Source: Blastocladiella emersonii ATCC 22665 (Eukaryota; Fungi; Blastocladiomycota). Taken from it: a stretch of 64,000 nt of DNA. Under the pieces are notes generated by a model. That model saw only the letters and a program-made list of their open reading frames with translations, was not told the DNA's origin and ran no database searches. Shown one piece after another: positions 21,871 through 32,127 of the stretch; positions within the stretch are counted from its first letter, which is position 1; the number at the start of each line of letters is the position of its first letter. Both the position numbers and the translations under genes were made by a program. The stretch covers positions 1,313,397 to 1,377,396 of the forward strand of contig JANHCV010000013.1 of the NCBI GenBank assembly GCA_025594325.1. Direction: 5' to 3'.

Positions 21871-24523
21871 ATGAACGCGTCGCTTGACAGAAGTTCGCGG
21901 AGCCAAAGTGCCTTCAACTCGTCGGACCTGCCGTCGAACGGCACGTACGCGATCACGGACCACGAGACGGAGCGCGCGCGCTACTGGCTGCCGTGCGTCG
22001 ACTTCCCGACGGTGCGCCCGCGCCTGACGTTCCGCCTGACGGCGCCCGCCGACTTCGAGACGGTCGCCAACGGCGCCCTTGTCTCGTCGACCCCCAACGC
22101 CGAGGACGCCTCGCTCAAGACGACCGTGTGGGACCTGGACTTCCCGTGCCCGTCGTACCTGCTGTTCCTCGCCGTGGGCGACTTCAAGACCATCGACGAC
22201 CGCCCGGCCGTGACCGCGCTCGGCGAGGTGCCCATCAAGTACTATGCGCCCAAGAACTTTGCCATTGAGGACGTCAAGCGCGGCCTGGACTCGACGCCGG
22301 CCATGTACTCGTGGTTGTGCGCCAAAATTACGCCCATCCCGTGGCCAAAGTATCACCAAGTCATGTCTCCATTCATTGGTGGGGCCATGGAGAACATTTC
22401 TTCTGTTTCGTACGTGTTTTCCTGTTCTCCTGACCTATATGGGGCCCTGGAATCGTTGGGCGGGTCCTCGGAATCGTTGGGCGGAGCGTCGTGCCGCGAC
22501 CGACTGGTCACTCACCCTCGTCACCTCGTTGTCCCTTGTAGCTGGGGCAGCTTCCTCGCCATGGACAAGACCCACGAGCGCGACAACAAGTTTGTCATGG
22601 ACACGATCAACATCCACGAGATGGCCCACTCGCTCTTCGTACGCGTCTCGCTCGAGTGGACCGCGTCGCGCGTCGCCGACCACTAACCCGCGCCCCCTCG
22701 CTTCCCCACTTGTACCCATCATCATTCTCGACATCCAGGGCGACATGGTACGCTCTCGCTTCTCCCAGAACACACCTGGAACCGCCGCCGACTTACGCAC
22801 GCCCACCCGAACCGCTCGCTAGACCGTCGTCCGCTTCTTCGAGCACGCCTGGCTCAAGGAGTCGTGGGCCACCTACATCGAGTCGGTCTGGGTCGAGGAG
22901 CACGTCGGCGCCACGCCCGAGGAGATGCGCCAGCGTGCCCGCATGTACCGCTTCGACGACCAGGAGGCCTACATCCGCGAGACCCAGCGCTATCTCCGCC
23001 CCGTCGTTTGCCGCCAGTACGACCACTCGTGGAACATGTTCGACGGCCACCTGTACCCGGGCGGCGGCGCGCGCATCCACATGCTGCGCGGCCTGCTCGG
23101 CGACGACGTGTTCTGGCCCGCCGTCGGCGAGTACGTGCGCCGGTTCACGGGCAAGACGGTCGAGACCGACGACTTCCGCAAGGTGCTCGAGGAGTTCTCG
23201 GGCCTCAACCTGACGCGCTTCTTCGACCAGTGGTTCTACTCCAAGGGCTTCCCCAAGTTCAAGGCCGAGTACGCCTACGACGAGGCCAAGGGCGTCGCGC
23301 ACGTCACGCTCGAGCAGACCCAGGCCGACGCCGCCAAGGGCGTCCCGCTGTTCGCCATGGACGTGCCCGTCGAGTTTGCCACGGCCGACGGCGCCGTGCA
23401 CCGCGCGGTCGCGTCGTTTGACGGCAACTCGGCCAAGGCCGTTGCTGCCGCCCACACCGGCACTGCTGCGGGTCCCGGCGGCAAGCCCGTGCGCGTCGAG
23501 GTCGACCCCGACGGCTTCCAGCTGTTCGCCTTCGAAGGCGAGTTCAACCCGGGCCACGACGTGCTGCTCGCCACGGCCGCGGGTGCGCGCGACTGCGTCA
23601 ACCGCGTCCGCGCGTACCGCACGCTGCTCAAGGACGCCGACTTTTACACGCTGCGCAAGGTGCGCCCGATCGCGCTCGCCGAGAAGATGCCCATGGTCCG
23701 CGCCAAGATCGCCATGGCGCTCGCCGGTCTGCGCCACGCGCCCGCCGTCGACCTGCTCGTCGATCTGGCGGCGCAGGAGACGGACGATGTCGCGCGCAAG
23801 CTCATCTTCAACCGCCTCAACTTCAAGCACCCGGCCATCGCCAAGTTTGCGCACGCGACGCTCGCCGACCCCAAGGCCGACCTGACGTACGTGCAGCGCT
23901 CGGCGCTCATCACGGCGATCGCGGCGCAGCGCCGCCCCGAGGATTTCGCGCTCGTCGCCGCCTACGCCGCCGGCACGACCCCCGAGTTTACCGACTACAA
24001 GGACTCGGTGCGCGCCATGTCGTACCACGACGTGGCCGCGTTCCGCACCGTCGAGGCGGCCGAGTTCCTGCTCGCGCAGCACGCCGCGGTCATGGGCGCC
24101 GACTTCCCGTTCTCGGTCAAGGCCAACCTCGTGCAGGCGCTCGCGTCGGCCGCCGCGTGGGTCCCCGAGCCGCTCGCGCGCACCATTGGCGAGGCGATCG
24201 CCGAGGTCCTGTACGACCCGCACTTCCGCGTGCGCGCGTCGGCCACGGCCGCCATCGCCAACCTGCCCTACGGCCTGCCCGCCCAGTTCGCGGGCGCCGC
24301 CGACGCGGCCCTCGTGCTAGCCGCCGAGCAGGACAAGCCCGCGCTCAAGCGCACCATCACCCGCGCCCGCGGCAGTACTGGGAACAAGGTGCCCGAGGTG
24401 GCCGCCCTCACCAAGCGCGTCGAGGAGCTCGAGAAGAAGATCAAGGAGGTCGAGGGCAAGTGGCTCGCCAAGGACGACCTCGACAAGGTCCTCAAGGAGG
24501 CCGCCGAGAAGAAGTCCGAGTAG
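21871..24523 (+). CDS. 5'-truncated, chimeric duplicate of the M1 aminopeptidase
   Basis: From 21930 it mirrors the parent gene. The upstream frame is open with ATG 21871 (MNASLDRSSRSQSAFNSSDL then PSNGTYAITDHE). It lacks about 156 N-terminal residues but keeps GAMEN, HEXXH-E and the C-terminus. Expression unknown. Confidence 0.7.
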
Positions 24524-27500
24524 ATCTGTAGACGATCGTTTGATGTGGGGATGAATGTAGCGAGGTTGTAGTCGTCCTGGTGTCGTGCTTGAGAAGTTGA
24601 TGGTCGCGAGAGCTAGAGACTTCGTCGTGTGCAACCCGAGCTGCGCACGAGATGTCAAGGGCAGCGGATGGTGAGCGACGCGACCTCGCATGAGCGGCAC
24701 GTCGAAAGTCTGTGGGCGACCGCCGCGAGCCAGCGACCTGCTCGCTGCTCGCTGCTCGCTGCTCGCGTCAGAGCGCCAGAGTCCTTGTCGGTGGCGGTGG
24801 CCGCCGCGTGGCAGGCAGCGGGGCACGGGCGGAGGAGTATAAAGGGCGCCTCGTCGCCGCGCGCGGTCCTCGCTCTCTCGCCTGATCATGACCCGCTATA
24901 TTACCTCACCACTCCATGAAACGCATCCATGTATACCACATCAACACGTCGCACACGCCGCGGCGGTACCATGCGCCCATGACCCATGCATGACCCTAGA
25001 CGCTTGTTGCCGCCGGCGAGCGCGCCACCGCTCAAACGACTCGCCATCGTGTCCCCGCGCGCATCGCCCCCTCGCCGACCGCACCCTGCACTTTCTCTCC
25101 TACGGTGTCAGACTGCAGCGTGAGCCGTGGTGGTGATGTCCGCGCTCGCTCGCTCCCTCGCTGCGGCCGTTGTGCTGGAGCGGCTGCGGTCGGTGGCATG
25201 GCCGTCCCGCGCGCACGCGACACTCTGCCCGCTGCCGCTGCCCCGCGTGTGCTGGCACACGCCAGCTGCACACCCGTTGTAAGCCGCCGCCGCCGCCCCT
25301 TGGGTCGTTGCCACCCGAAGCAGCGCCAGCAGCAGCACGCTTGGCTCGGTCGCTCGCGAGCCACCGTGTTCCTCGACCGCTTGCTACTGCTTTGCCGTCT
25401 GGCTGAAGCAGCGCTTTCGCTCTCGCGCTCAGGTGCGCGCCTTCAACCCGTCGCCGTCCACGCTCACTCAACCTTGCTGCGTCCAAACATGCTCCCCGCT
25501 ACCCGGCGAGAGCGTCGCCGTCCTCGAGCGCCGCTGCGTGCCGCGGCTCATCCCGGCAGCCGGCCCCGCTTCTACTTTATGCTGCCGTCGTCGCGTCGGG
25601 CCAGGTCCCTCTTGGACGCGTGCCAGCATCGGCAACCCTTTTCCGCGCGGCGCGGCTCGGCGCGAATCTCGCGTACTTGGTGGCGCCCAAGCCGCGATGC
25701 TTCGTGCCGGCCACATCGCCGTCCTCCTCGGAGCTCATGTCCTCGCGCGACAGCAGGTCGACGCCAAACAGCGCCAACGGTTCCTTTGCCGCGGGCCGCC
25801 GCCCCGCTTCTTGGCGATGCGTGGCGATGCGCGTGAGGTCGGCCGACCGCAGGACACGAGTCGGGTGGGGATCTTCGTTCTCGTCAACCAGCTCGGCGGC
25901 GGTCGGCATGCCGAACTTCCGAACTTGCGCGCGCGCCGTCGCGGGGCGCGATCGCGGGCGACGACAGGTTGGACGACGACAGGTTGGGCGCGCGCCGGAC
26001 GGGAACATCAAACGGACGCAACGGGTTAGCTTAGCTCGCGGACGGCGAGCTCATGAACGTCGGGCAACCCGCCGCTCGTTCCTCCCGCGTACGAGGCGGC
26101 GCACACACCTCCTCGCGCGCGCGCGCCTTGGAACGGCCACCGCCGCCACTACAGCGCCCGTGTCTCGCGCGTCGCCGCCGCGTCGACCACACGCAGGTCC
26201 AGGACCCGGCGGTCGGCCATGTTGCTTGCTGCTTCTTCGCCTTGGTCGTCGACCCGGCGGCCATGTTGCCGCGCTTTGCCTTGGTCGTCGACCCGGCCGG
26301 CGGTCATGATGCTGATTAGCGGCGATCGTGATCGTGATCGTGGGCAAAGGATGGCGAGCGAAGCCAGTGGACGCGGTCGCGGGCCCGAGCAGTGGGAGCA
26401 GAGTGTCGCCCGGCCCGGTGGCCAACCCAGTGAGCGAGCGAGGTGGAGCTCGAATACGTGAACTAACCACCCCCGATGCATGCAGGGCCGTCAAACGACG
26501 CCGTAAAATTATGCTCACTAGTCTAAAATATCTCATGATATATCAGAAGATTACGTGCAAAGTTTGAGCCAGATCCGAGACAGGTCGGGAGCTGCCAGAT
26601 TGAGCGTTACGTGCTTGAATTGCCCACCCGCGCCGCGAGCTCGTCGCGACGGCCGCGAGTGAAAAACTTTTTCGCCTCGGCGCGCCCGAACACGATCTCA
26701 ACACCCCCATGCTTTGACTCGGGGATTTTTGCATTTCTGGGGTCCCTGATGGTCCCTGATCACGATTCAGTGATAAACAAGAATTATTGTTTTTGGGGGA
26801 ATTCATGTGTCTAAGTCGGCGGGCGGCGGGCGGCGGGCGGCGGGCTGGCTGGGCCGGGCGGCGGCCAGCGTCCCCCGCCGCGCCATCGTGGCCGCCACGC
26901 GCGCGAGCGCGCGCAAGTCCAGACAGGCGCCTTTCTGGCCCGAGCGTCGTAACAAAGGCGCCGCACATCATCATCACCACGCGTGCGTGCCTCCGCTCAC
27001 TCGGTCTCGTCAGAGTGTCGGCAGGGGTGGCGGGGAGGGTAGTAGACCGCGCGCGAATTCGGCTCGCCGTCGGCACGCACGCACGCTCACCTCGCGCGTG
27101 TGTACACGCTGAGCAACGGACGCATCCTAAGGCCTCGCTCGGGCCGCGCGGCGAAAGCGTGAATCAACGCGGTACGGCGGGTGCACGCGCACGTCAAGGG
27201 CGACGATCCAAGGGGTTCCCGCCGCCGTGGCCGCCAGTTGAGCGAGGCGGCAGCATCCATGCTCTCGCGAAGCAGCAGGCCGCCCGCCAGCTGGGCTAGG
27301 CTACGAAAGCGCGAGGTCATAAAGCAGCAGGTGCGAAAGGCGGCGATTGCGGCCGACGAGCAGCAGCGGACCCCGAAGCGCACCGAGCCGCGGTAGCCGC
27401 TCGCGGCGGCGTACCTCGCGCGCACCTCGCGCGCACACCAAACGCTGGCCCCGCTCGTGCGTGCGCGTGTGGCGACGACTCACCTGGCCCGCCATGAAGT

Positions 27501-29081
27501 TGCCGAGGCTGTGAGCACGTCCATGTAGGTCGGCTCGAACGGAGGTCGTGCGGCTCGGGAATGCATGCCAGCGGGGGACGAGCAGGTGGCTGGCGAGGAC
27601 GACGAAGCGGTCACGGTGGTCGGGTGAGGTTCGGCAGTGCAGATCGGCGGCGTGGGGCGACAGGGGGACCGGAACGAGGCGAGCGAGCGAGGGACGCTGG
27701 CTAGCGGGGCCCGCCGCTGAAGCAAACGTTCGCGCGCGACTAACGTAGGGCACGGCAAGCGGAAGGCGGCGTTCCCGACAAGGACGACGGGGACGGACGA
27801 GCTGCATCTGCATAGCTGACGAAGCAGTCCGACTGACGCTCAGCTCAGTCATACAGTAGTAGCGGTACAGCAGATGCGGCTGGGCACCTCACGACGGCGC
27901 CGATCCGCGTCAGGGCCTGTCCGGCGTGATGTTGCACCAAGTTATCACGTTGCATCGGCTTTCATGGTCATGGTGCATGGGGCGTCAGTCGGCGAAGAGA
28001 GAGAAGAAGAGGAAGGCTCGGGCCTCCTCACCTCTCCCTCCCGAAGCGCGCCCCGCGACGCGTCAGTCGCCGTCAGCTGACAAGGACGCGCAGCGCGGCG
28101 GCCACGGCCATGGCCACCGTGTGGCGTGGCGCGGCCTCGGTCGGTCAGGCACCCCGCTCACCTCCATGTCCATGTGCACGTCAACAAGGCAAGGCACGAC
28201 GTGGCACTGTAACTTGATGGAATCGCATGAACCTCGCCCGCAGCGTGCTCCGCGGGCTGCTCGCCCCATGGCATCGCTCTCGCGCTTGAGCGCTGCAGCA
28301 AGCAACCTCCTTCTGTCGGCGTCAAACGGCAGCACAGCTGGTGGTCCTCTCCTCGTTCCGTATGCATGTGGCCGAGCGGGTGCTGTCGCATGCGCCGCGC
28401 TTGCCCGCCGCCGCCACCACCACCACTCCACGCTCTACGTGCCAACCAGCGCGTTTGCCCTCGCCCGCGAGCTCGACGGCCTTCGCACGCGCACGTCCGC
28501 GCCGTCGCCCCCAATCGTCGCCACTCCTCCCTCCGTGTGTAACCCAACGCGCGCGTCGCCCTGCTCTGCCCCACCGCGTCCCGACCTGACCTGCTGCCTC
28601 CGTCAGTCGCGCCGACCAACGTTTCCGCTCACGGTCGTGCACCGCTTCGAGTGTCGTTTGCGCGCCATCGCCCTTGACCACCGCCCGTCCCTCGACGCTG
28701 CGGACCCTGCTTCGAATCAGCTCGCCCTGCCCTCCCCAACTCGGCGCACCTCGAGTCGAGTCGAGTCGTCGCTGCCGAGCTGGTGCCGAGCTGCTGCTCC
28801 TGCTCGCACACGCCCTCTTCTTCCCCCAAAGTTGGAACGACGGTCGGAGCTCGAGCGGCGCGCGCGCCATCTGCTGTCGCCGCCCCCGTCGCGGACTAGC
28901 AGCAGGCCCGTCGTCTCTCGCTACAGCTACCTCTCTCGGCTTGTACTTTATGTGTCCGCGGCTTCTGGCCCTCGTTTCTTCCTCGCGCGGCGCGCCCGCT
29001 GCAGCAGCGGCTGGGCGCACCGACGATCTCCGAGATTCTCGCTCGGCTCGGTGTGGGCCGCCCCCGAACGTGGCCGCCCTG
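21930..29081 (-). repeat. Right arm of inverted duplication 2
   Basis: Reverse complement of 11260-18411. Confidence 0.97.
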
Positions 29082-29400
29082 GGCGAGCGAGCGAGCGCGG
29101 CGCAGCGCAGCTGTGGGATCAACGTCGGTATGTCCGTGGACGCAGCCGGCCGGCCAGCTGAGCAACGAACGTCTCGGCCGTCACGCTGGCTGGTAAGCGT
29201 ACGGGGCGGCGAAACGCCATCGAAACGGCCGCGCCGGGCGTGCGTGCTGCTGTGCCGCGCCCGCAGCCTTACGATGCCTTTCGATGCCTTCGCCCGAACC
29301 TGACGCTTGGCCGCTCAAACGTTTCCGCGTCGTTGCATTCGCCGCTTGCGCGCGAGGGTGTGTGTGTTCGATCTCAGCTCGCGAGCCACGCCGGCGTCGA
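27044..29400 (+). repeat. ~2.1 kb dispersed module, copy 2 (inverted)
   Basis: Core matches copies 1 and 3. 29082-29250 is shared in diverged form with copy 3 (52130-52300) but absent from copy 1. Confidence 0.9.
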
Positions 29401-30635
29401 GCTTGTATTGTAGCTACGACGCTTTCTTATCATAGTATTCACATCTCGTGCGACCAGGCGAGCGGCACTGTCCATGCGATCTGGTACTTGGTACCTTACG
29501 ACGAGCTCGCGCCCGCAACCTGGGTTTCGCTGTATGCGGCTCCTGCACTCCTTTCCCGCGACGCGTATCCCTTCGCGATGCCTGTGCGCATCAGTTAACG
29601 CGTCCGACTTCTCGGACTGGGCGCGAAAAACGACGACGCTGCTGTGGGTCCGTTTGCGACCATGACACGTGTACCGCTCGCCGATATGCGAGCCGGGTTT
29701 GTCCCGCATCGACGCCCCTTGACACCCTCATCGCCTGTGTAGCTTCTTGTGAACCAGCCTTTGGGGATCCCGCCACTTGGCCACAGTTCTGCAGCTTCGC
29801 TGTCGCCCTGAACGTTGACCTGCTCGCGTTAGTATCGGCTGCGCTTGCCGGCCATGTGTCTGATCTTCTCATCGAGTATTTGAGCAGCCCTCAGTCGCCT
29901 GTCGACCCTTACTTGGTCTGTGTGATCGTTCTGGTGCGAGTGTTCGCAGGGCTCCTTCAGCCAATTATGGAGCACAAGTTCATGTGGCTCCTTCTTTCGC
30001 ACTCGTGGGACGATGTTGGTTTTGGGCGCGCGCTCGACTTCTTTGACCAAGAATGTTCTCGCCTTTCAGCAGATGACCCCAATCTCGACCCGCAGATCCT
30101 GGCGGGTTACTTCATAGGCGCAGCCGCCAACGAACGCGCCCTGACTTTGACGCAGCAAGCTCAGCCATTCAATGCGGGCCGACTCGCCGACCTACTCGCG
30201 GCGCTCGTTGAGCGGTACCCCGGCACAGCGATCTCTGGTGACCAAGCTCCAAAGATCTTGACCTGGTTAAGCCCTCTTCTTGATGGTCGATCTCTTCCGA
30301 CCCCGTCCGAGCACCAGTTTTTCACCACCTTGCTGTCTCACGATCCGGCTTATGTTGTCAGCTTTCTGATCATGGATTGGTCGAGCGAGCTACCGCACTG
30401 GATCTGGGAGGCTGTCGCCGACCACGAGTTTGCCCGCGCTGTGCTTTTCGAGAACCTCAACTATCGCATGGGCTCGATCCGGGACACGCTTCGCTTGCTC
30501 GTGCATCGCAATGACCTAGCGCGGGCGCGGGCGGTCCTTCGCGCGGTTCCTCAGCTGCTTGATGACATGGATCTTTGCGAGTCGATTTCTCACATGGAGG
30601 GCATCGATCTCGCGAGCCTTCGTCCCAATCCATGA
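29284..30635 (+). CDS. Low-GC orphan gene (possibly frameshifted at 5' end)
   Basis: ATG 29284 (MPSPEPDAWPLKRFRVVAFAA, 104 aa) overlaps a 395-codon ORF (29448-30635) of helical, protein-like composition. No family recognised. Confidence 0.6.
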
Positions 30636-30727
30636 ACTCAGTGGCCTCGTTCAAAAACACGTCGTCATTTCCGTGTTTCTTCAGGGGGAAGGAGTAATAT
30701 ATTTGATTTGAGCGACCTAGGAGAGTG

Positions 30728-31957
30728 TCACGATTGAGAACCAAGACCCGACTCGCGCCACCATCGAGCAACCTGGCCGAATCCGAGCTTCAGTGCGAGC
30801 TCCTGAGCATGACAGACATGGTCACGCCCAAGTGCGAGTGGGACCTCCGAGTTGAGCCACCACTGGAGCCGCGCGACAACGTCCGTTTCGTCGTCGGTGG
30901 CCTCGATCGTAAACCAGCCAAACGGGCACACGAACTCGTCGCGCGGGAGAGTCACAAGCAACCAGTCGAGGACCTGGATGCGGTTGAGCTTGCTCGCGTA
31001 GCCGATCATGAATGACCAATATGGCCTCGAGTCCGTAGCTTCACGATCGCAGTTGTTGCCCTCGTCGACTGCGCTCTCGACCAAGTCGACGCCGTACGCC
31101 TCGGGCTCCCACGCAGGGTTGCTATGGCGGCGGAGGCACTCGTCGTCGCAGCGCCGGTAGATCCACGCCAACAAATCAAAGTCGGCGGGCTCCGAGCAGA
31201 TCACGGCGCGGACCAACGCGGTCCAGTCGATGGCTCCCATAAAAAAGGCGCCCGAGCGAGGCGAGCTTCGGAAGCATTCGAAAACCTGGACGCTCGGGCG
31301 CCGGAGGGCAAGCAACGTCAAGTCGTACAGATCCAACTCGGCGTAATCAAGATGAAGCTCGAGCAGGTACGGAAGAAGCTCGATATCCTGCTGCTCGACG
31401 GCGTTGTGGAGGACTGCAGCGGAGACCTTGATCACGGGAGTCGTTTTCCACCACTCGAGGACGCGGTAGTGGCGGTCGCGCGCCGCTCTGTCGACCGCGG
31501 CCTTGGTGCACCAGGACCCAGAAAAGTGCTCTTCAAGCCAGTGCAGGACGTCGGCGTGGCCACGGGCCGACGCCAGGTCCACGTAAAGCGGCGTGGTCAC
31601 GCTTATCTCGATCAAGGTGCTCAAGTCGCCCAGCAAGTCGGCGCGACCGGCCGCGCAAAGCAGGGCGCCGTAGAAAGTGGCCTGATCGACGTCCGCCTTG
31701 GGCAACGGCCGGCGGTGCTCAATGAGCTGAGCCAAGACATGGTTCCCGCCGTGCAAGAGAAGTGTCCACATGCGTTCGTGAACCGAGCGAGCAAAGACAG
31801 TGCTGCGTAGGTCGGAAAGATCGGGGGCGACGCAAAGTAGCGGCAGTGGGTCGGCACCGCAAGGATCGTCCAGCACGACGCGGATGAGGATCTGCTCGAT
31901 GAGTTTGATCTTTGGGAGTTGCATGGTGTGCTTCGGGCGCTGCATGGGAACCGGCAT
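30728..31957 (-). CDS. Ankyrin-repeat-like orphan protein (409 aa) with F-box-like N-terminus
   Basis: Repeated degenerate ankyrin-like units (VDLASARGHADVLHWL, VDRAARDRHYRVLEWW, IGYASKLNRIQVLDWL). N-terminus LPKIKLIEQIL...LLCVAP. Intronless, lower GC. Confidence 0.75.
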   Translation of the reverse strand: MPVPMQRPKHTMQLPKIKLIEQILIRVVLDDPCGADPLPLLCVAPDLSDLRSTVFARSVHERMWTLLLHGGNHVLAQLIEHRRPLPKADVDQATFYGALLCAAGRADLLGDLSTLIEISVTTPLYVDLASARGHADVLHWLEEHFSGSWCTKAAVDRAARDRHYRVLEWWKTTPVIKVSAAVLHNAVEQQDIELLPYLLELHLDYAELDLYDLTLLALRRPSVQVFECFRSSPRSGAFFMGAIDWTALVRAVICSEPADFDLLAWIYRRCDDECLRRHSNPAWEPEAYGVDLVESAVDEGNNCDREATDSRPYWSFMIGYASKLNRIQVLDWLLVTLPRDEFVCPFGWFTIEATDDETDVVARLQWWLNSEVPLALGRDHVCHAQELALKLGFGQVARWWRESGLGSQS

Positions 31958-32127
31958 AGTTTTGCGCGACAGAGGGAGGAAGCGATCACGAACGAGGGCC
32001 GGGGGACGCGTCTCTCATGCGCACGTGCGAAGCGACTTTCGGCCGCTTCTCCTGAGAGCTCAACGACGTCTCGAGGGAAGCCCTTACGAAGCATCACAAG
32101 TGGATCAAACACGTTCTATTCGACTAA

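Noticed and set aside
11260-29081. Arms as terminal inverted repeats of a giant DNA transposon
   Set aside because: No transposase in the spacer, no TSD, and the arms consist largely of a host gene whose intact 5' end continues into the spacer.
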